Source: Actinomycetota bacterium
GTDB taxonomy: Bacteria; Actinomycetota; Acidimicrobiia; Spongiisociales; UBA4744
Assembly: GCA_013152275.1 (NCBI GenBank)
Contig: JAADGS010000058.1
Span: 1 to 56,164 of the forward strand
DNA: 56,164 nucleotides
Reading direction: 5' to 3'
Shown: positions 1 through 11,300 of the stretch, piece by piece
How the letters are laid out: every line of letters begins with the position of its first letter
Position numbering within the stretch: the stretch's first letter is position 1
Notes under the pieces: generated by a model
Databases searched by the model: none
The model's input: the letters and a program-made list of their open reading frames with translations, nothing else
Told to the model about the DNA's origin: nothing
Translations under genes and position numbers: made by a program

Positions 1-2
1 AC

Positions 3-191
3 GAACAAGCCCTCCTCGACGGCACCGCCGACGACGTCCCCTGGACCGCCATCGACATCCACACCGGCACACTCACCCCCACCGGCGCCCGCTACGAGCC
101 CGGCACCTGGACCTGGGTCGCCCCCCGAAACGACAACAGTCCACCCACTGGTGAACCCGACTGCAGCGACTGGGAAGGAACCTACCCCTAG
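3..191 (+). CDS. 3' end of a hypothetical protein truncated by the window edge
   Basis: Open frame EQALLDGTADDVPW...WEGTYP ending TAG at 189-191; strong C bias at third codon positions. Confidence 0.6.
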   Translation, partial: EQALLDGTADDVPWTAIDIHTGTLTPTGARYEPGTWTWVAPRNDNSPPTGEPDCSDWEGTYP

Positions 192-250
192 ACACCAACC
201 CGTCAATGCGCACCCCGCGGGGTGCGGCCTCCAGTGAGGAGAACGGGGAA

Positions 251-1435
251 TCAGATCATCCCGAGCGCCTCCCCCACCTTCCCGAACGCCGCCGCGCCGT
301 ACTCCAAATCCTCCTGGGAATGCGCGGCGGAGATCATCACCCGGATCCTCGCCTTGCCCAGCGGCACCGTCGGATACGCGATTGCCTGGGCGAACACCGC
401 CTCGTCGTCGAACAACCGCCGCGAGAACTCCTGGGCGACCTTCTCATCACCGAGCATCACCGGGGTGATCGGCGTCTCCGAATGCCCGATGTCGAACCCC
501 GCCACGGACATCGCACCTTTGAACCAGGCGGCGTTGGACCACAGCCGATCCACCAGTTCGGTCGACTCGGACAGAATCTCCACCGACGCGATGCACGCGG
601 CGACATCTGCCGGGGTCACCGCAGAGGAGAACAGGAACGGCCGGGCACGCTGGCGCAGCCACTCGACGACCGCTTCAGGGCCGGCGACGTACCCGCCGAC
701 GGCACCGAACGCCTTGGACATCGTGCCCACCTCGACTTCGACCCTGCCATGGAGTCCGAAGTGGTCGACGATGCCGCGACCTCCGCGCCCGAGAACCCCT
801 TCGCCGTGCGCATCGTCCACCATCACCATCGCCTCGTATTCGTCCGCGGCATCGACGATCCGGTCGAGCGGAGCGACGTCACCATCCATGGAGAACACGC
901 CATCGGTGATGACGAGGATGCGTTTGAAGCCCTCGGCGCGGGCCTCGCCAAGCTTGCCCCGTAGATCATCGACGTCGCAGTGGGCGTAGATCTTCCGTGA
1001 TGCCTTGGCGAGACGCACCCCGTCGATGATCGACGCATGGTTCAACTCGTCGGTGATGATCACGTCTTCCTTGTCGACCAGCGCCGGGATCGTACCGGCG
1101 TTTGCGACGAACCCCGCCTGCAGCGAGATCGCCGCTTCGACCCCCTTGAACGCGGCGAGCTTCTCTTCCAACTCGTCGTGGATCGTCATCGTCCCGGCGA
1201 TCGTGCGCACTGCGCCCGGGCCGACGCCGTACCGATCGAGGGCGGCTTTTGCCGCCTCGACGAGACGAGGATCATCGGCGAGGCCGAGGTAGTTGTTCGA
1301 ACAGAAGTTGAGAACCTTCTTTCCGTCGACGGTCAGCCAGGCCCCCTGCGGTCCGTCGACGTGGCGGATCGTGTTGTAGAGGCCCTGGTCTTTGAGCTCC
1401 CGTATCTGATCCCTCAAGAAACCGATCTTGTCCAT
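251..1435 (-). CDS. kbl: Glycine C-acetyltransferase (2-amino-3-ketobutyrate CoA ligase)
   Basis: [38 protein letters not shown]-lysine motif; directly downstream of tdh; GAGGTG RBS. Confidence 0.93.
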   Translation of the reverse strand: MDKIGFLRDQIRELKDQGLYNTIRHVDGPQGAWLTVDGKKVLNFCSNNYLGLADDPRLVEAAKAALDRYGVGPGAVRTIAGTMTIHDELEEKLAAFKGVEAAISLQAGFVANAGTIPALVDKEDVIITDELNHASIIDGVRLAKASRKIYAHCDVDDLRGKLGEARAEGFKRILVITDGVFSMDGDVAPLDRIVDAADEYEAMVMVDDAHGEGVLGRGGRGIVDHFGLHGRVEVEVGTMSKAFGAVGGYVAGPEAVVEWLRQRARPFLFSSAVTPADVAACIASVEILSESTELVDRLWSNAAWFKGAMSVAGFDIGHSETPITPVMLGDEKVAQEFSRRLFDDEAVFAQAIAYPTVPLGKARIRVMISAAHSQEDLEYGAAAFGKVGEALGMI

Positions 1436-1456
1436 GATCACCTCAGCTCGATGTCC

Positions 1457-2515
1457 TCAGTTCAATGGTCCATCCGCGTCTGCCTCGTCCGGGAACATGA
1501 CCACTTTTCCGCACTCTCCAGAAGCCATCAGGTCGAACGCCTTCTCGTAGTCGTCCAGAGCAAACCGGTGTGTCACGAGTGGCGCAAGGTCCACGGCACC
1601 CGAACGAAGGAGACCTCGCATCTCGTACCAGGTGTCCCAGAGCTTCCGCCCGACGATGCCGTGAACGGTCGCTCCCTTGAACGTGATGTTGTCGTCCAAG
1701 TCGAAGGGGATCGGACCGGACGACAAGCCCAGCAGCGCGACCTCGCCGCCCGGTTTGAGGAGGGCAAAGCCGTCCCGGATCGCAGCCGGCGCACCGGACA
1801 TCTCGAGGAGCACGTCGACGCCTTCGCCGTCGGTGGCCTCGAGACCGAGTTCGACGACGGCGTCCCGGATGGGATTCCAGGTGTGGTCGGCACCCATCGT
1901 TTGCGCGAGGCCCAGCCGGTAGTCCGACACGTCCGTCGCATAGACGGCCCGAGCACCGAGCGCCTTCGCCGCCGCGATCGCCATGACCCCGACCGGACCA
2001 CAGCCGGTCACGAGGACCTTGCGGCCCGAGATGTTCGTCGCCGAGACCGTGTGCACGGCATTGCCGAAGTTCTCCTGCAGAGAGGCGATCGAGTACGGCA
2101 TGTCCGGCGGGTCGGGCCATGCATTGATGGCGGGCACGGAGACGTATTCGGCGTAGGCGCCATCACGGTGCACACCGAGGATCTGCGTGTTCTCGCACAG
2201 ATGGCCCTTCCCGGTACGGCAGAAGCGGCACCGTTCACAGACGACATGTGACTCGACGGACACCAACCGACCGATCTCGGGACCGTCGACATCGGATCCT
2301 CTGTCGACGACGATGCCGCAGAGTTCGTGCCCTACGGTGAGTGGCGGCAGGACGTGCGCCTGCGCCCACGGGTCCCAGTCCCGGATGTGCAGGTCCGTTC
2401 CGCAGATCGACGTCGCCTTGACCTGGATGAGTACGTCTGCCGGCCCCGGAGTCGGGATGGGGACGTCGACCATTTCGAGTCCCGGACCAGGTGACGGTAT
2501 GACGATCGCGCGCAT
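1457..2515 (-). CDS. tdh: L-threonine 3-dehydrogenase
   Basis: Zn-ADH motifs ICGTDLHI, GHE, CERCRFC...C, GCGPVG, GIVGRKLWDTW; operon with kbl. Confidence 0.93.
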   Translation of the reverse strand: MRAIVIPSPGPGLEMVDVPIPTPGPADVLIQVKATSICGTDLHIRDWDPWAQAHVLPPLTVGHELCGIVVDRGSDVDGPEIGRLVSVESHVVCERCRFCRTGKGHLCENTQILGVHRDGAYAEYVSVPAINAWPDPPDMPYSIASLQENFGNAVHTVSATNISGRKVLVTGCGPVGVMAIAAAKALGARAVYATDVSDYRLGLAQTMGADHTWNPIRDAVVELGLEATDGEGVDVLLEMSGAPAAIRDGFALLKPGGEVALLGLSSGPIPFDLDDNITFKGATVHGIVGRKLWDTWYEMRGLLRSGAVDLAPLVTHRFALDDYEKAFDLMASGECGKVVMFPDEADADGPLN

Positions 2516-2696
2516 CGAACCCAGGCTACCGCGTCACGACCGATCTCCTTCTGCCCGACTGCCCGATCCGAGGCGAGTTGGTGGTCGGCGGCCGGATCTT
2601 CTCACGCGGTGACGGGAGAGGGCGGCGCCCGAAAGCCCTGCCGTAACCACCGACATCCCGTAGGCTTCCCAACCGGAATCCACGGAAGGCCTCTCG

Positions 2697-4613
2697 ATGC
2701 ACCCCTCGGCCGAATCCCTCTTGTCCGCGAGACTGTTCCTCAACCCCGAAGTCGCCGGCGAGCACCTCTACTTCGCAAGCGACTTGTCCGGTCGGATGAG
2801 TCTGTATCGCATGCGCCGTGGCGGGAGCGTGCCCGAACCACTCATCCCCGGCGGCATCGCTCTGGCAAACCCGAAGCTCATCAACGGTGAGCTGTTCTCC
2901 GTTTTCCCCGATCTCGACAGGATCCTCGTGATGATCGACGAGGACGGCAACGAGAACTACCAGCCGCACATCATCCCTCTCGCGGGCGGTATCCCGGAAC
3001 CGATGTTGGGCGACCGATTCACCGATCAGCAGGTGAATCTCATCCAGAGCCGTCGGAATCACCACCTCGCCGTGTTCAGCGTCGATCCACGCGTGAGTCC
3101 CAAACACGGTTCTTACGTGGCCGATCTCTCCACCGGCGATCTCCTCGACCTTGGCACGAGCGTCTACGGCAACTACGTCGCAGGTTTCAACGACGACCTC
3201 ACGAGCGTCGCTCTCATCGACAGCTACTCCGCCGCCGATACCGTTCTCTATCTCTGGGAGAAGACCACCGGACAACGCCGGTTGCTGGCCGGCACACCCA
3301 TCGAGCAACGAGCGGCCGACGATGCCGTTCTTCCCACCGGCTTCGATGTGTGTTTCTTTCGCGGGGATCGCGGCATCCTCACCGAGACAACGCTGTTCAG
3401 CGACAGGGGCGGATGTGGCTGGATCCCTCTCGAGGAGGGAGGAGAGGTCCTGCCGGTCACGATCGGCGGGACGATCCATGAGGGCGCCGGAGAGTTCACC
3501 ACTCTGGAGCATCTCGACGGAGACCGCTTCCTGATCGGCTACAACATCGACGGCTGCTCGTGGGCGTACGAAGCGACCTTCGACGAGTCGGCGCTGCACC
3601 TCGAGGCCGGGACCGTGCTCTGGGGTGAGGGACCGCTTCACGATGGCGTCGCCGCGCACAGCTCCTACGACCGGGACCAGGATGTCTTCGCCGTGGCGTT
3701 CTCGACGGCGACGTCACCTGTGCAGCTCTTCACCGTCGAAGGCCGTGAACGCAACGTGGTCCCACACACCAATGAGCGCATACTCGGACTCTCCAGCGAG
3801 CTGCTGTCGGCCGGCGAGGACGCTTCCTACGCAAGCCACGACGGATTGCACATTTCGGCGCGCCTGTACCTTCCACCCGAAACCCTCGGTTTCGTGGGCC
3901 CGCGACCGATTGCCTACTACATCCACGGAGGACCGCAAAGTCAGGAGCGCCCAGACTTCACGTGGTTCTCCATGCCCCTGATCCAGTACCTCTCCCTGCG
4001 CGGCTTCGCCGTATTCGTCCCCAACGTGCGAGGTTCGAAGGGCTACGGACTGTCGTACATGAAGCAAGTGGATCGCGACTGGGGTGGGAAGGATCTCCTC
4101 GATCACGTCGCAGCGATCGAGCACTTGAAGAACGATGCGCGAGTCGACACATCGCGCATGGGAGTGCTCGGCCGTTCCTACGGTGGCTACATGACGCTCG
4201 AGCTCGCAGGCCGGCACCCGCGCCTGTGGTCGGCTGCGATCGACATGTTCGGTCCGTACGACCTCATCACCTTTGTCGAAAGTCTGCCGGAAACGTGGAA
4301 GACCTACTTCCACATGGCGATCGGACACCCCGAACGTGATCACGACTTTCTGGTGGAACGCTCACCGAAGACGTACCTTGGCGATCTGGCGTGCCCGATG
4401 CTCGTCATCCAAGGTCGGAACGACCCGAGGGTCGTGGTCGGCGAATCCAACCAACTCGTCCACGACTTGCGGGCCCAAGGCAAGGAGATCGAGTACCTCG
4501 TCTTCGATGACGAAGGCCATGACATGGTCAAACGAGAAAACAAGCTGCGCGCGTACGAAGCCATCGCCGACTTTCTGACCAAACACTTGCGTCCCCAGGA
4601 CTCTGCTGAGTAA
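2697..4613 (+). CDS. S9 family peptidase (acylaminoacyl/prolyl oligopeptidase)
   Basis: IHGGP, PNVRGSKGYG, GRSYGG nucleophile, QGRNDPRV, DEGH; N-terminal propeller-like region. Confidence 0.9.
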   Translation: MHPSAESLLSARLFLNPEVAGEHLYFASDLSGRMSLYRMRRGGSVPEPLIPGGIALANPKLINGELFSVFPDLDRILVMIDEDGNENYQPHIIPLAGGIPEPMLGDRFTDQQVNLIQSRRNHHLAVFSVDPRVSPKHGSYVADLSTGDLLDLGTSVYGNYVAGFNDDLTSVALIDSYSAADTVLYLWEKTTGQRRLLAGTPIEQRAADDAVLPTGFDVCFFRGDRGILTETTLFSDRGGCGWIPLEEGGEVLPVTIGGTIHEGAGEFTTLEHLDGDRFLIGYNIDGCSWAYEATFDESALHLEAGTVLWGEGPLHDGVAAHSSYDRDQDVFAVAFSTATSPVQLFTVEGRERNVVPHTNERILGLSSELLSAGEDASYASHDGLHISARLYLPPETLGFVGPRPIAYYIHGGPQSQERPDFTWFSMPLIQYLSLRGFAVFVPNVRGSKGYGLSYMKQVDRDWGGKDLLDHVAAIEHLKNDARVDTSRMGVLGRSYGGYMTLELAGRHPRLWSAAIDMFGPYDLITFVESLPETWKTYFHMAIGHPERDHDFLVERSPKTYLGDLACPMLVIQGRNDPRVVVGESNQLVHDLRAQGKEIEYLVFDDEGHDMVKRENKLRAYEAIADFLTKHLRPQDSAE

Positions 4614-4634
4614 TGCAGGTACCTGGTGCCTCTG

Positions 4635-4676
4635 GTACCGAGTATTTCGTACTTCGTATTTCGTATTTCGTATCGC
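4635..4676. repeat. Heptamer tandem repeat (GTAYTTC)n, 4 near-perfect + 2 degenerate units, next to a REP-like GCGAGCGAAGCGAGC segment
   Basis: GTACCGA GTATTTC GTACTTC GTATTTC GTATTTC GTATCGC read directly. Confidence 0.8.
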
Positions 4677-4893
4677 GACCGTAAGGCGACAGCGGCGTCT
4701 CTTGGCACCCCAGCGAGCGAAGCGAGCGTTGGGGGGGAGTACGGCGAAGCCGGGAGGGGGCTTGGGGGAAAGCACCACAGCCGCTTTGCGCTGCGGTAGG
4801 GGGCAGGCGGGTAGAGGAACGGGGAATACGCGCCATGCATCGCTCGGCGGGTTCCCAGACGCTGTGCCGAACATTCACGTAGGGTCGGAGCTG

Positions 4894-5918
4894 ATGACAA
4901 CTCCGCACGTGCTCGTGATCGGTGGCACCCGTTTCATCGGGTTTCATGCCGTGCAAACCTCGGCTGTGACGTCACCTTGTTCCATCGGGGTGTGACCGAG
5001 CCGGACGGCCTGCCCCCCGTGCGGCACCTGCACGGCGACCGCACGGAGATCCTGGAACATCGCGCCGACTTCGAACGTGTCGGCCCAGAAGTCGTGCTCG
5101 ACGTGATGCCGCTGACCCGAGCCCAGGCAGTCGACACGATGATGACGTTCTCCGGTATTGCGGGCCGACTCGTCGGGATCTCCAGCCAGGACGTCTACCT
5201 CGCCTACGACATCTTGCGAGGAAGGGAACGCCTGCCCCCCGTATCGACGCCGATGGACGAGGACGCCCCGCTGCGATCGAAGCGGTATCCGTATCGAGAC
5301 ACGGTGGGAGAAGACAGCCCCCTGTTCGACTACGACAAGATTCCGGTGGAGCACACCTACCTCGCAGATCCCGACCTGCCCGGATCGATCCTTCGATTGC
5401 CCGCCGTGTACGGACCCGGCGACTACCAACATCGCCCCTTTCCCTACCTCAAGAGAATGGTCGACGGGCGACCGGCGATCCTCATCGACGAAGCCACGGC
5501 CGGGTGGCGGTGGTCACGGTGTTTCGTCGAGAACGTGGCAGACGCGATCGCGTTGGTCGTGACGGACGATCGCGCACAAGGTCGGGTCTACAACGTCGCG
5601 GAGCCGAGGGCGCTCACCGAGCCGGAGTGGATCCTTGCCATTGCCGATCAGGTCGGATGGACGGGCGAGATCATCACGCTGCCTTCGGATCGCCTCCCTG
5701 AGCACCTTCGCGACGATCTCGACTTCTCCCAATCACTCGAGGTAGACACGAGTCGCATCCGCACCGAACTCGGTTATACCGAACGGGTGCCCTTCGTCGA
5801 CGCGATGCGACGTACGGTGGAGTGGGAGCTGGCCAACATGCCCGACGATCTCCCTCCGCACCGGTTCGACTACACGGCCGAGGACGACGCCCTGCCCGAC
5901 CTGACCCTCGGAATCTGA
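4894..5918 (+). pseudogene. NAD-dependent epimerase/dehydratase (atypical SDR), frameshifted near 4953
   Basis: MTTPHVLVIGGTRFIGFHAV in one frame continues as ANLGCDVTLFHRG...ILRLPAVYGPGD in the -1 frame; about 3 residues of the first helix appear missing. Confidence 0.75.
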
Positions 5919-5937
5919 GAAGTCCGACGGCCGACCT

Positions 5938-7287
5938 TCAACCGATGGCGGGCAGATGGGCCAGCGACTTCGCGATCGCCTCTTCCGGGTACTCGTAGTC
6001 CACCAGATCACCTGCGAAGTAGCGATCGTAGGCAGCCATGTCGAAGTGCCCATGCCCGGTGAGATTGAAGAAGATCGTCTCGGGTCGGCCCGTCTCCTTG
6101 CACACCAGCGCCTCGTCGATGGCAGCCCTCACCGCATGATTCGACTCGGGTGCCGGGATGATCCCTTCGGTTCTTGCGAACGTCACACCGGCTTCGAACG
6201 TCGCGAGTTGGGGAAGTGCGATGGCGTCGATGACCCCCTCATCGTGCAGTTGGGAAATCAGGGGTGAGTCACCGTGATAGCGCAAGCCCCCGGCATGGAT
6301 CGTCGGAGGCACGAAATCGTGTCCGAGCGTAAACATCTTCATCATCGGTGTGAGCCCGGCGGTGTCGCCGAAATCGTAGGCATAGGTCCCGCGCGTCAGT
6401 GTCGGACACGAGGACGGTTCGACCGCGACGAGGCGAATGTCCTTTCCTGCCGCCTTGTCGGCGAAGAACGGGAACGCCGCTCCCCCGAAACTGGAACCAC
6501 CGCCGCAGGGCCCGAACACGACGTCGGGATAGTCTCCGACGAGTTCGAACTGCTTCTTCGCCTCCAGGCCGATGACGGTCTGATGAAGGAGCACATGGTT
6601 GAGGACCGATCCGAGCGAGTAGTTCGTGTCCTCTCGCGTCGCCGCCTCCTCCACGGCTTCGGAGATCGCGATCCCAAGGGATCCGGGCGATTCGGGGTCG
6701 TTGGCGAGGATGCCACGTCCCGCCTCGGTCCGGTCGCTCGGGCTTGCGTACACGTCTGCGCCCCAGGTCTGCATCATCGAGCGACGGAACGGCTTCTGCT
6801 CGAAGCTGACCCGGACCATGTAGACGACGACCTCTATTCCGAAGAGGCGCCCGGCGAGTGCAAGCGCCGACCCCCACTGGCCGGCACCCGTCTCCGTCGA
6901 GAGGCGCTCGATGCCCGCCTGCTTGTTGTAGTAGGCCTGCGCCACCGCAGTGTTCGGCTTGTGCGAACCGGCGGGACTCACGCCTTCGTACTTGTAGTAG
7001 ATACGAGCCGGCGTATCGAGTGCTTCCTCCAAACGGTGTGCTCGAATGAGTGGGGACGGCCTCCACAGCCGATAGATGTCCCGAACTTCTTCGGGGATCG
7101 GAATCCAACGCTCGGACGAGACCTCCTGACCGATGAGCGCCTCGGGGAAGATCGCAGCAAGAGCTTCTGGCCCGATCGGGTTTCCGTCGGGGCCCAGTGA
7201 CGGAGCCGGCGGGTTCGGCATGTCGGCGACGACGTTGTACCAGTGCGTCGGAATCTCCGCTTCCGGGAGCGTGATCTTCGTATCCAT
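5938..7287 (-). CDS. trpB2: TrpB-like PLP enzyme (tryptophan synthase beta type 2)
   Basis: [55 protein letters not shown] before ATG 7287. Confidence 0.92.
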   Translation of the reverse strand: MDTKITLPEAEIPTHWYNVVADMPNPPAPSLGPDGNPIGPEALAAIFPEALIGQEVSSERWIPIPEEVRDIYRLWRPSPLIRAHRLEEALDTPARIYYKYEGVSPAGSHKPNTAVAQAYYNKQAGIERLSTETGAGQWGSALALAGRLFGIEVVVYMVRVSFEQKPFRRSMMQTWGADVYASPSDRTEAGRGILANDPESPGSLGIAISEAVEEAATREDTNYSLGSVLNHVLLHQTVIGLEAKKQFELVGDYPDVVFGPCGGGSSFGGAAFPFFADKAAGKDIRLVAVEPSSCPTLTRGTYAYDFGDTAGLTPMMKMFTLGHDFVPPTIHAGGLRYHGDSPLISQLHDEGVIDAIALPQLATFEAGVTFARTEGIIPAPESNHAVRAAIDEALVCKETGRPETIFFNLTGHGHFDMAAYDRYFAGDLVDYEYPEEAIAKSLAHLPAIG

Positions 7288-7358
7288 GGTGTCGTCCTCC
7301 TTCACCCGTCCGGATGTGGGGCTGTAGTAGAGCCGATCGGATTCGTTATGGCAACTGG

Positions 7359-8081
7359 TTATCGCCGGCCGATGAACACGTCGACCGGCCCCGGATCGGT
7401 CAGGTCTGCCTGAACGACAATCGGATCGAATCCGACATCGTTCAGCATCTCGAGCCATTCTTCTCGAGAGAACAGGCCCATGAGATGACGGTCGTGGACC
7501 GCTTCGACGTCGCCTCCCGTACGCAGCAGATAGACGAAATCGGTGACGAACGTGTGGTCTTCCGGGTCCGGGTCGTAGCTCCACGACAGGTACCGGAGTG
7601 CTCGACCTTCACCGTCGTGGCCGCCGTGGGACGTCGACGGGCGAAAGGTCGACCGGATGCAGTCGGGAACGAAGAGGGCGACACCGTCTACGTCGACATG
7701 TGCGTACGCCGTATCGATCGTGGCACGGAGGTCGGCCGGGGTGGTCATATACATGACTGCGTCGTGTGTGAGGACGGCATCGAAACGCCGGCCGAGTCGC
7801 AGGGAGCGCATGTCACCCTGACGGTGCTCGCACTCCGGGTTGAGGCGTCTGCTCATGGTGAGCATCTCCGGAGACAAGTCGGTCAGCGTCATCTGGTAGT
7901 GCTGCTTGAGGTGGGAGGCGGTGTTACCACCGCCACATCCCAGTTCGAGAACCGTGTGCACGCGCCGCGGTGTCCCGGCATCGATGATCCCCGCGTACGC
8001 CGCTGCCTCTTCGGCGTAGTCCTCCGGTGCCGAGAGCAGCGGCCACCAGACGGCGAGATCCTCGTACAGGCGGGTCCCCAT
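7359..8081 (-). CDS. Class I SAM-dependent methyltransferase
   Basis: [34 protein letters not shown]. Confidence 0.88.
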   Translation of the reverse strand: MGTRLYEDLAVWWPLLSAPEDYAEEAAAYAGIIDAGTPRRVHTVLELGCGGGNTASHLKQHYQMTLTDLSPEMLTMSRRLNPECEHRQGDMRSLRLGRRFDAVLTHDAVMYMTTPADLRATIDTAYAHVDVDGVALFVPDCIRSTFRPSTSHGGHDGEGRALRYLSWSYDPDPEDHTFVTDFVYLLRTGGDVEAVHDRHLMGLFSREEWLEMLNDVGFDPIVVQADLTDPGPVDVFIGRR

Positions 8082-8218
8082 CCCTGGAGCGTAGCCGAGA
8101 GGCAGGCGCGAAATCCCCCTTCGACTCCGGTTTTCGCGAACCGGGGTCGGCCACGTAGAGTCCCCGCAGACCGGAGTGACTATCGCGAAATAGCGCGAAA
8201 AATGGACCCCGGATACCA

Positions 8219-8248
8219 TTGACGTAATTACATGCTTGCGATTAAAGT
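8219..8248 (+). promoter_or_regulatory. Housekeeping-sigma promoter of nrdJ
   Basis: TTGACG-N18-TAAAGT in an AT-rich patch. Confidence 0.6.
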
Positions 8249-8259
8249 GTTGAAGCTCA

Positions 8260-8307
8260 ACACCATATGTCGTAGGTCACTCCCCCTCTGACCACAACAT
8301 GTAGTGG
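8260..8307. promoter_or_regulatory. Two tandem NrdR boxes
   Basis: ACACCATATGTCGTAG (8260-8275) and CCACAACATGTAGTGG (8292-8307), 32 bp apart, resembling acaCwAtATaTwGtgt, upstream of an RNR gene. Confidence 0.88.
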
Positions 8308-8341
8308 TTTGACTCGCATGAGCTATTCCGAAGGGAGTGAA

Positions 8342-11300
8342 ATGACCGCCAGGCTTCGCATCACCCGCCGCTTCACCAAGGCTGGGCGTGATCCGTACGA
8401 AGAGATCGACTGGACCTTTCGGGATTCCCGCATCACGAATCCCGACGGATCGATCGTCTTCGAGATGAAGGATGCGGAGGTCCCGGCAGCGTGGTCCCAA
8501 GTTGCCTCGGACATCATGGTGTCGAAGTACTTCCGTAAGGCGGGCATACCGCAGACAGACGAACACGGCAACCCGCTCGTGGACGGCAACGGCGAGCCGG
8601 TATTGGGTCCTGAGAGTTCCGCCAAGCAGGTGTTCGATCGCCTCACCGGCGCATGGCGCTGGTGGGGAGAACAGCACGGATACTTCTCCTCGGAGGAGGA
8701 CGCCCGAGCGTTTGAAGACGAGTTGAAGTACATGCTGGCCAATCAGATGGCCGCCCCGAACAGCCCACAGTGGTTCAACACGGGTATCAACTGGGCGTAC
8801 GGCTTGACGGGTCCCGAGCAGGGTTTCTGGTACGTCGATCCCGACACGGAAGAGCTGGTCTCCTCTCCCGACTCGTATAGCCGCCCATCCCCTCACGCCT
8901 GTTTCATCCAGAGCGTCAAGGACGATCTCGTCAACGAGGGCGGCATCATGGATCTCTGGACTCGTGAGGCTCGCCTGTTCAAGTTCGGCTCCGGAACGGG
9001 AACCAACTTCTCGTCGATTCGTGCCGAAGGCGAACCGCTTTCCGGTGGTGGCAAGTCCTCCGGTGTGATGTCGTTCCTCAAGATCGGTGATCGAGCCGCC
9101 GGAGCGATCAAGTCCGGTGGCACGACCCGCAGGGCGGCCAAGATGGTCATCCTCGACATGGACCACCCCGACATCGAGGAGTTCATCAACTGGAAACGGC
9201 TCGAGGAGGAGAAGGCGAAAGTCCTCATCGAGCACGGAGGCCTCACTTCGGACTTCAACGGCGAGGCATACCAGACGGTCTCAGGTCAGAACTCGAACAA
9301 CTCCGTGCGGGTGACCGCCGAGTTCCTCCGCCGGGTGAAGACCGACGGGGATTGGGACCTCATCGAGCGCAGCACCGGCAAAGTCCGTAGGACGGTGAAA
9401 GCACGAGACCTCTGGCGTCAGATCGCCGAGGCTGCGTGGGCCTGTGCGGACCCGGGGATACAGTTTCACACCACCATCAACGAGTGGCACACGTGCCCTG
9501 CCGGTGGCGAGATCAGGGCCTCCAACCCCTGTTCCGAATACCTTTTTCTGGATGACACCGCCTGCAACCTGGCGAGTCTCAATCTCGTGAAGTTCTACGA
9601 CGACGAGTCGGGAAACTTCGACATCGAGGCGTACGAGCACGCAATCAGGATCTGGACGATCGTGCTGGAGATCTCCGTCACCATGGCGCACTTCCCCGCC
9701 AAGCCGATCGCCCAGGGCTCCTACGACTACCGGACCCTCGGTCTCGGTTATGCGAACCTCGGTTCGCTCCTCATGCGTTCGGGGTTCCCGTACGACTCCG
9801 ACGGTGGCCGTGCGATCGCCGGAGCCTTGACGGCGATTCTCACGGGTGTCGCGTACAAGACGTCGGCCGAGATGGCCAGTGTGCTCGGACCGTTCCCGAA
9901 GTGGTCGGAGAACGCCGAGTCGATGCTGCGCGTCATCCGGAACCATCGCCGTGCTGCCTACAACGCTCCTGCCGACGCGTACGAAGGTGTGAGTCACTAC
10001 GTCATGGGGATCAACCCGGACCTGGCTCCGGATTCGCTCCTCGAAGCGGCCCGCCACGCGTGGGACGAAGCCCTCGCCGCAGGTGAAGACCACGGATTCC
10101 GCAACGCGCAGGTCTCCACGCTTGCCCCGACCGGCACGATCGGTTTGCTGATGGATTGCGACACGACGGGCGTCGAACCGGATTTTGCACTCGTGAAGTT
10201 CAAGAAACTGGCCGGTGGCGGCTACTTCAAGATCGCTAATCAGTCGATCGCACCCGCGCTGCGACGCCTCGATTACGACGAGACGCAGATCGAGCGAATC
10301 GTTCGTTATGTCGCAGGCACGATGACACTCGAGGGCGCCCCTCATGTGAACTATGAGTCCTTGCGGGCAAGGGGGCTCTCCGAAGGAGCCATCGACAGGA
10401 TCGAGCGCACGATCCCGAGTGTTTTCGAACTTCGGCACGCGTTCAACGTGTTCGTAGTCGGTGAAGACTCCCTGTTGGAGATCGGTCTGAAACCAGAGGA
10501 TTACACATCGTTGGGATTCGACCTCCTCGCGTCTCTTGGCTTCTCACCCCAGGAGATCGCGGAGGCCAACGACGTCATCTGTGGAGTGCAGACCATCGAG
10601 GGTGCCCCTGGTCTGCGCCATGAGGACTTGGCGGTCTTCGACACCGCGAACCGCAACGGGAAGCACGGGAAGCGATTCATCCACCACGTGGGACACATCA
10701 AGATGATGGCTGCGACACAGCCGTTCATCACCGGTGCCATCTCCAAGACGATCAACATGCCGCACGAGGTCACCCCCGACGACATCAAGGAGGCCTACAT
10801 GATGTCGGCCGACCTCGGATTGAAGTCGATGGCGCTCTACCGGGATGGTTCGAAAGCGTCACAACCGCTCTCTTCTTCATCCGATGACGGCGCCTCCGAC
10901 GAGGACGAGGAGACCGTCGTGCTGGCCCTGGAGCACGAAAAGGCGGTTGCCTGGGGCGAGATCATGAACGCGGCGAGCCCGACGCAGGCATACAGCAACG
11001 GCCACAGGCGACCCCGGTTCCTCCTCCCCGGGAAACGGCAAGGGTGGACCCAGGAAGCACGCATCGGCGGACACAAGGTGTTCCTGCGGACCGGAGAGTA
11101 CGAGGATGGAACCCTCGGCGAATTGTTCATCGACCTGGCGAAGGAGGGAGCGACACTTCGAGGTGTGCTGTCCTGTTTTGCCATCGCGGTGTCCAAGGGT
11201 TTGCAGTACGGGGTGCCGCTCGAGGAGTTTGTGGACACGTTCACGTTCCACACGTTCGAACCTCGCGGCATGGTCGAAGGACATCCAAACATCAAGATGG

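Noticed and set aside
4935..4960. Programmed -1 frameshift in the SDR gene
   Set aside because: GGGTTTC is not in the X XXY YYZ phase, and residues appear to be missing, which favours a deletion
5938..7287. trpB without trpA as an anomaly
   Set aside because: Stand-alone TrpB2 is a well-known arrangement
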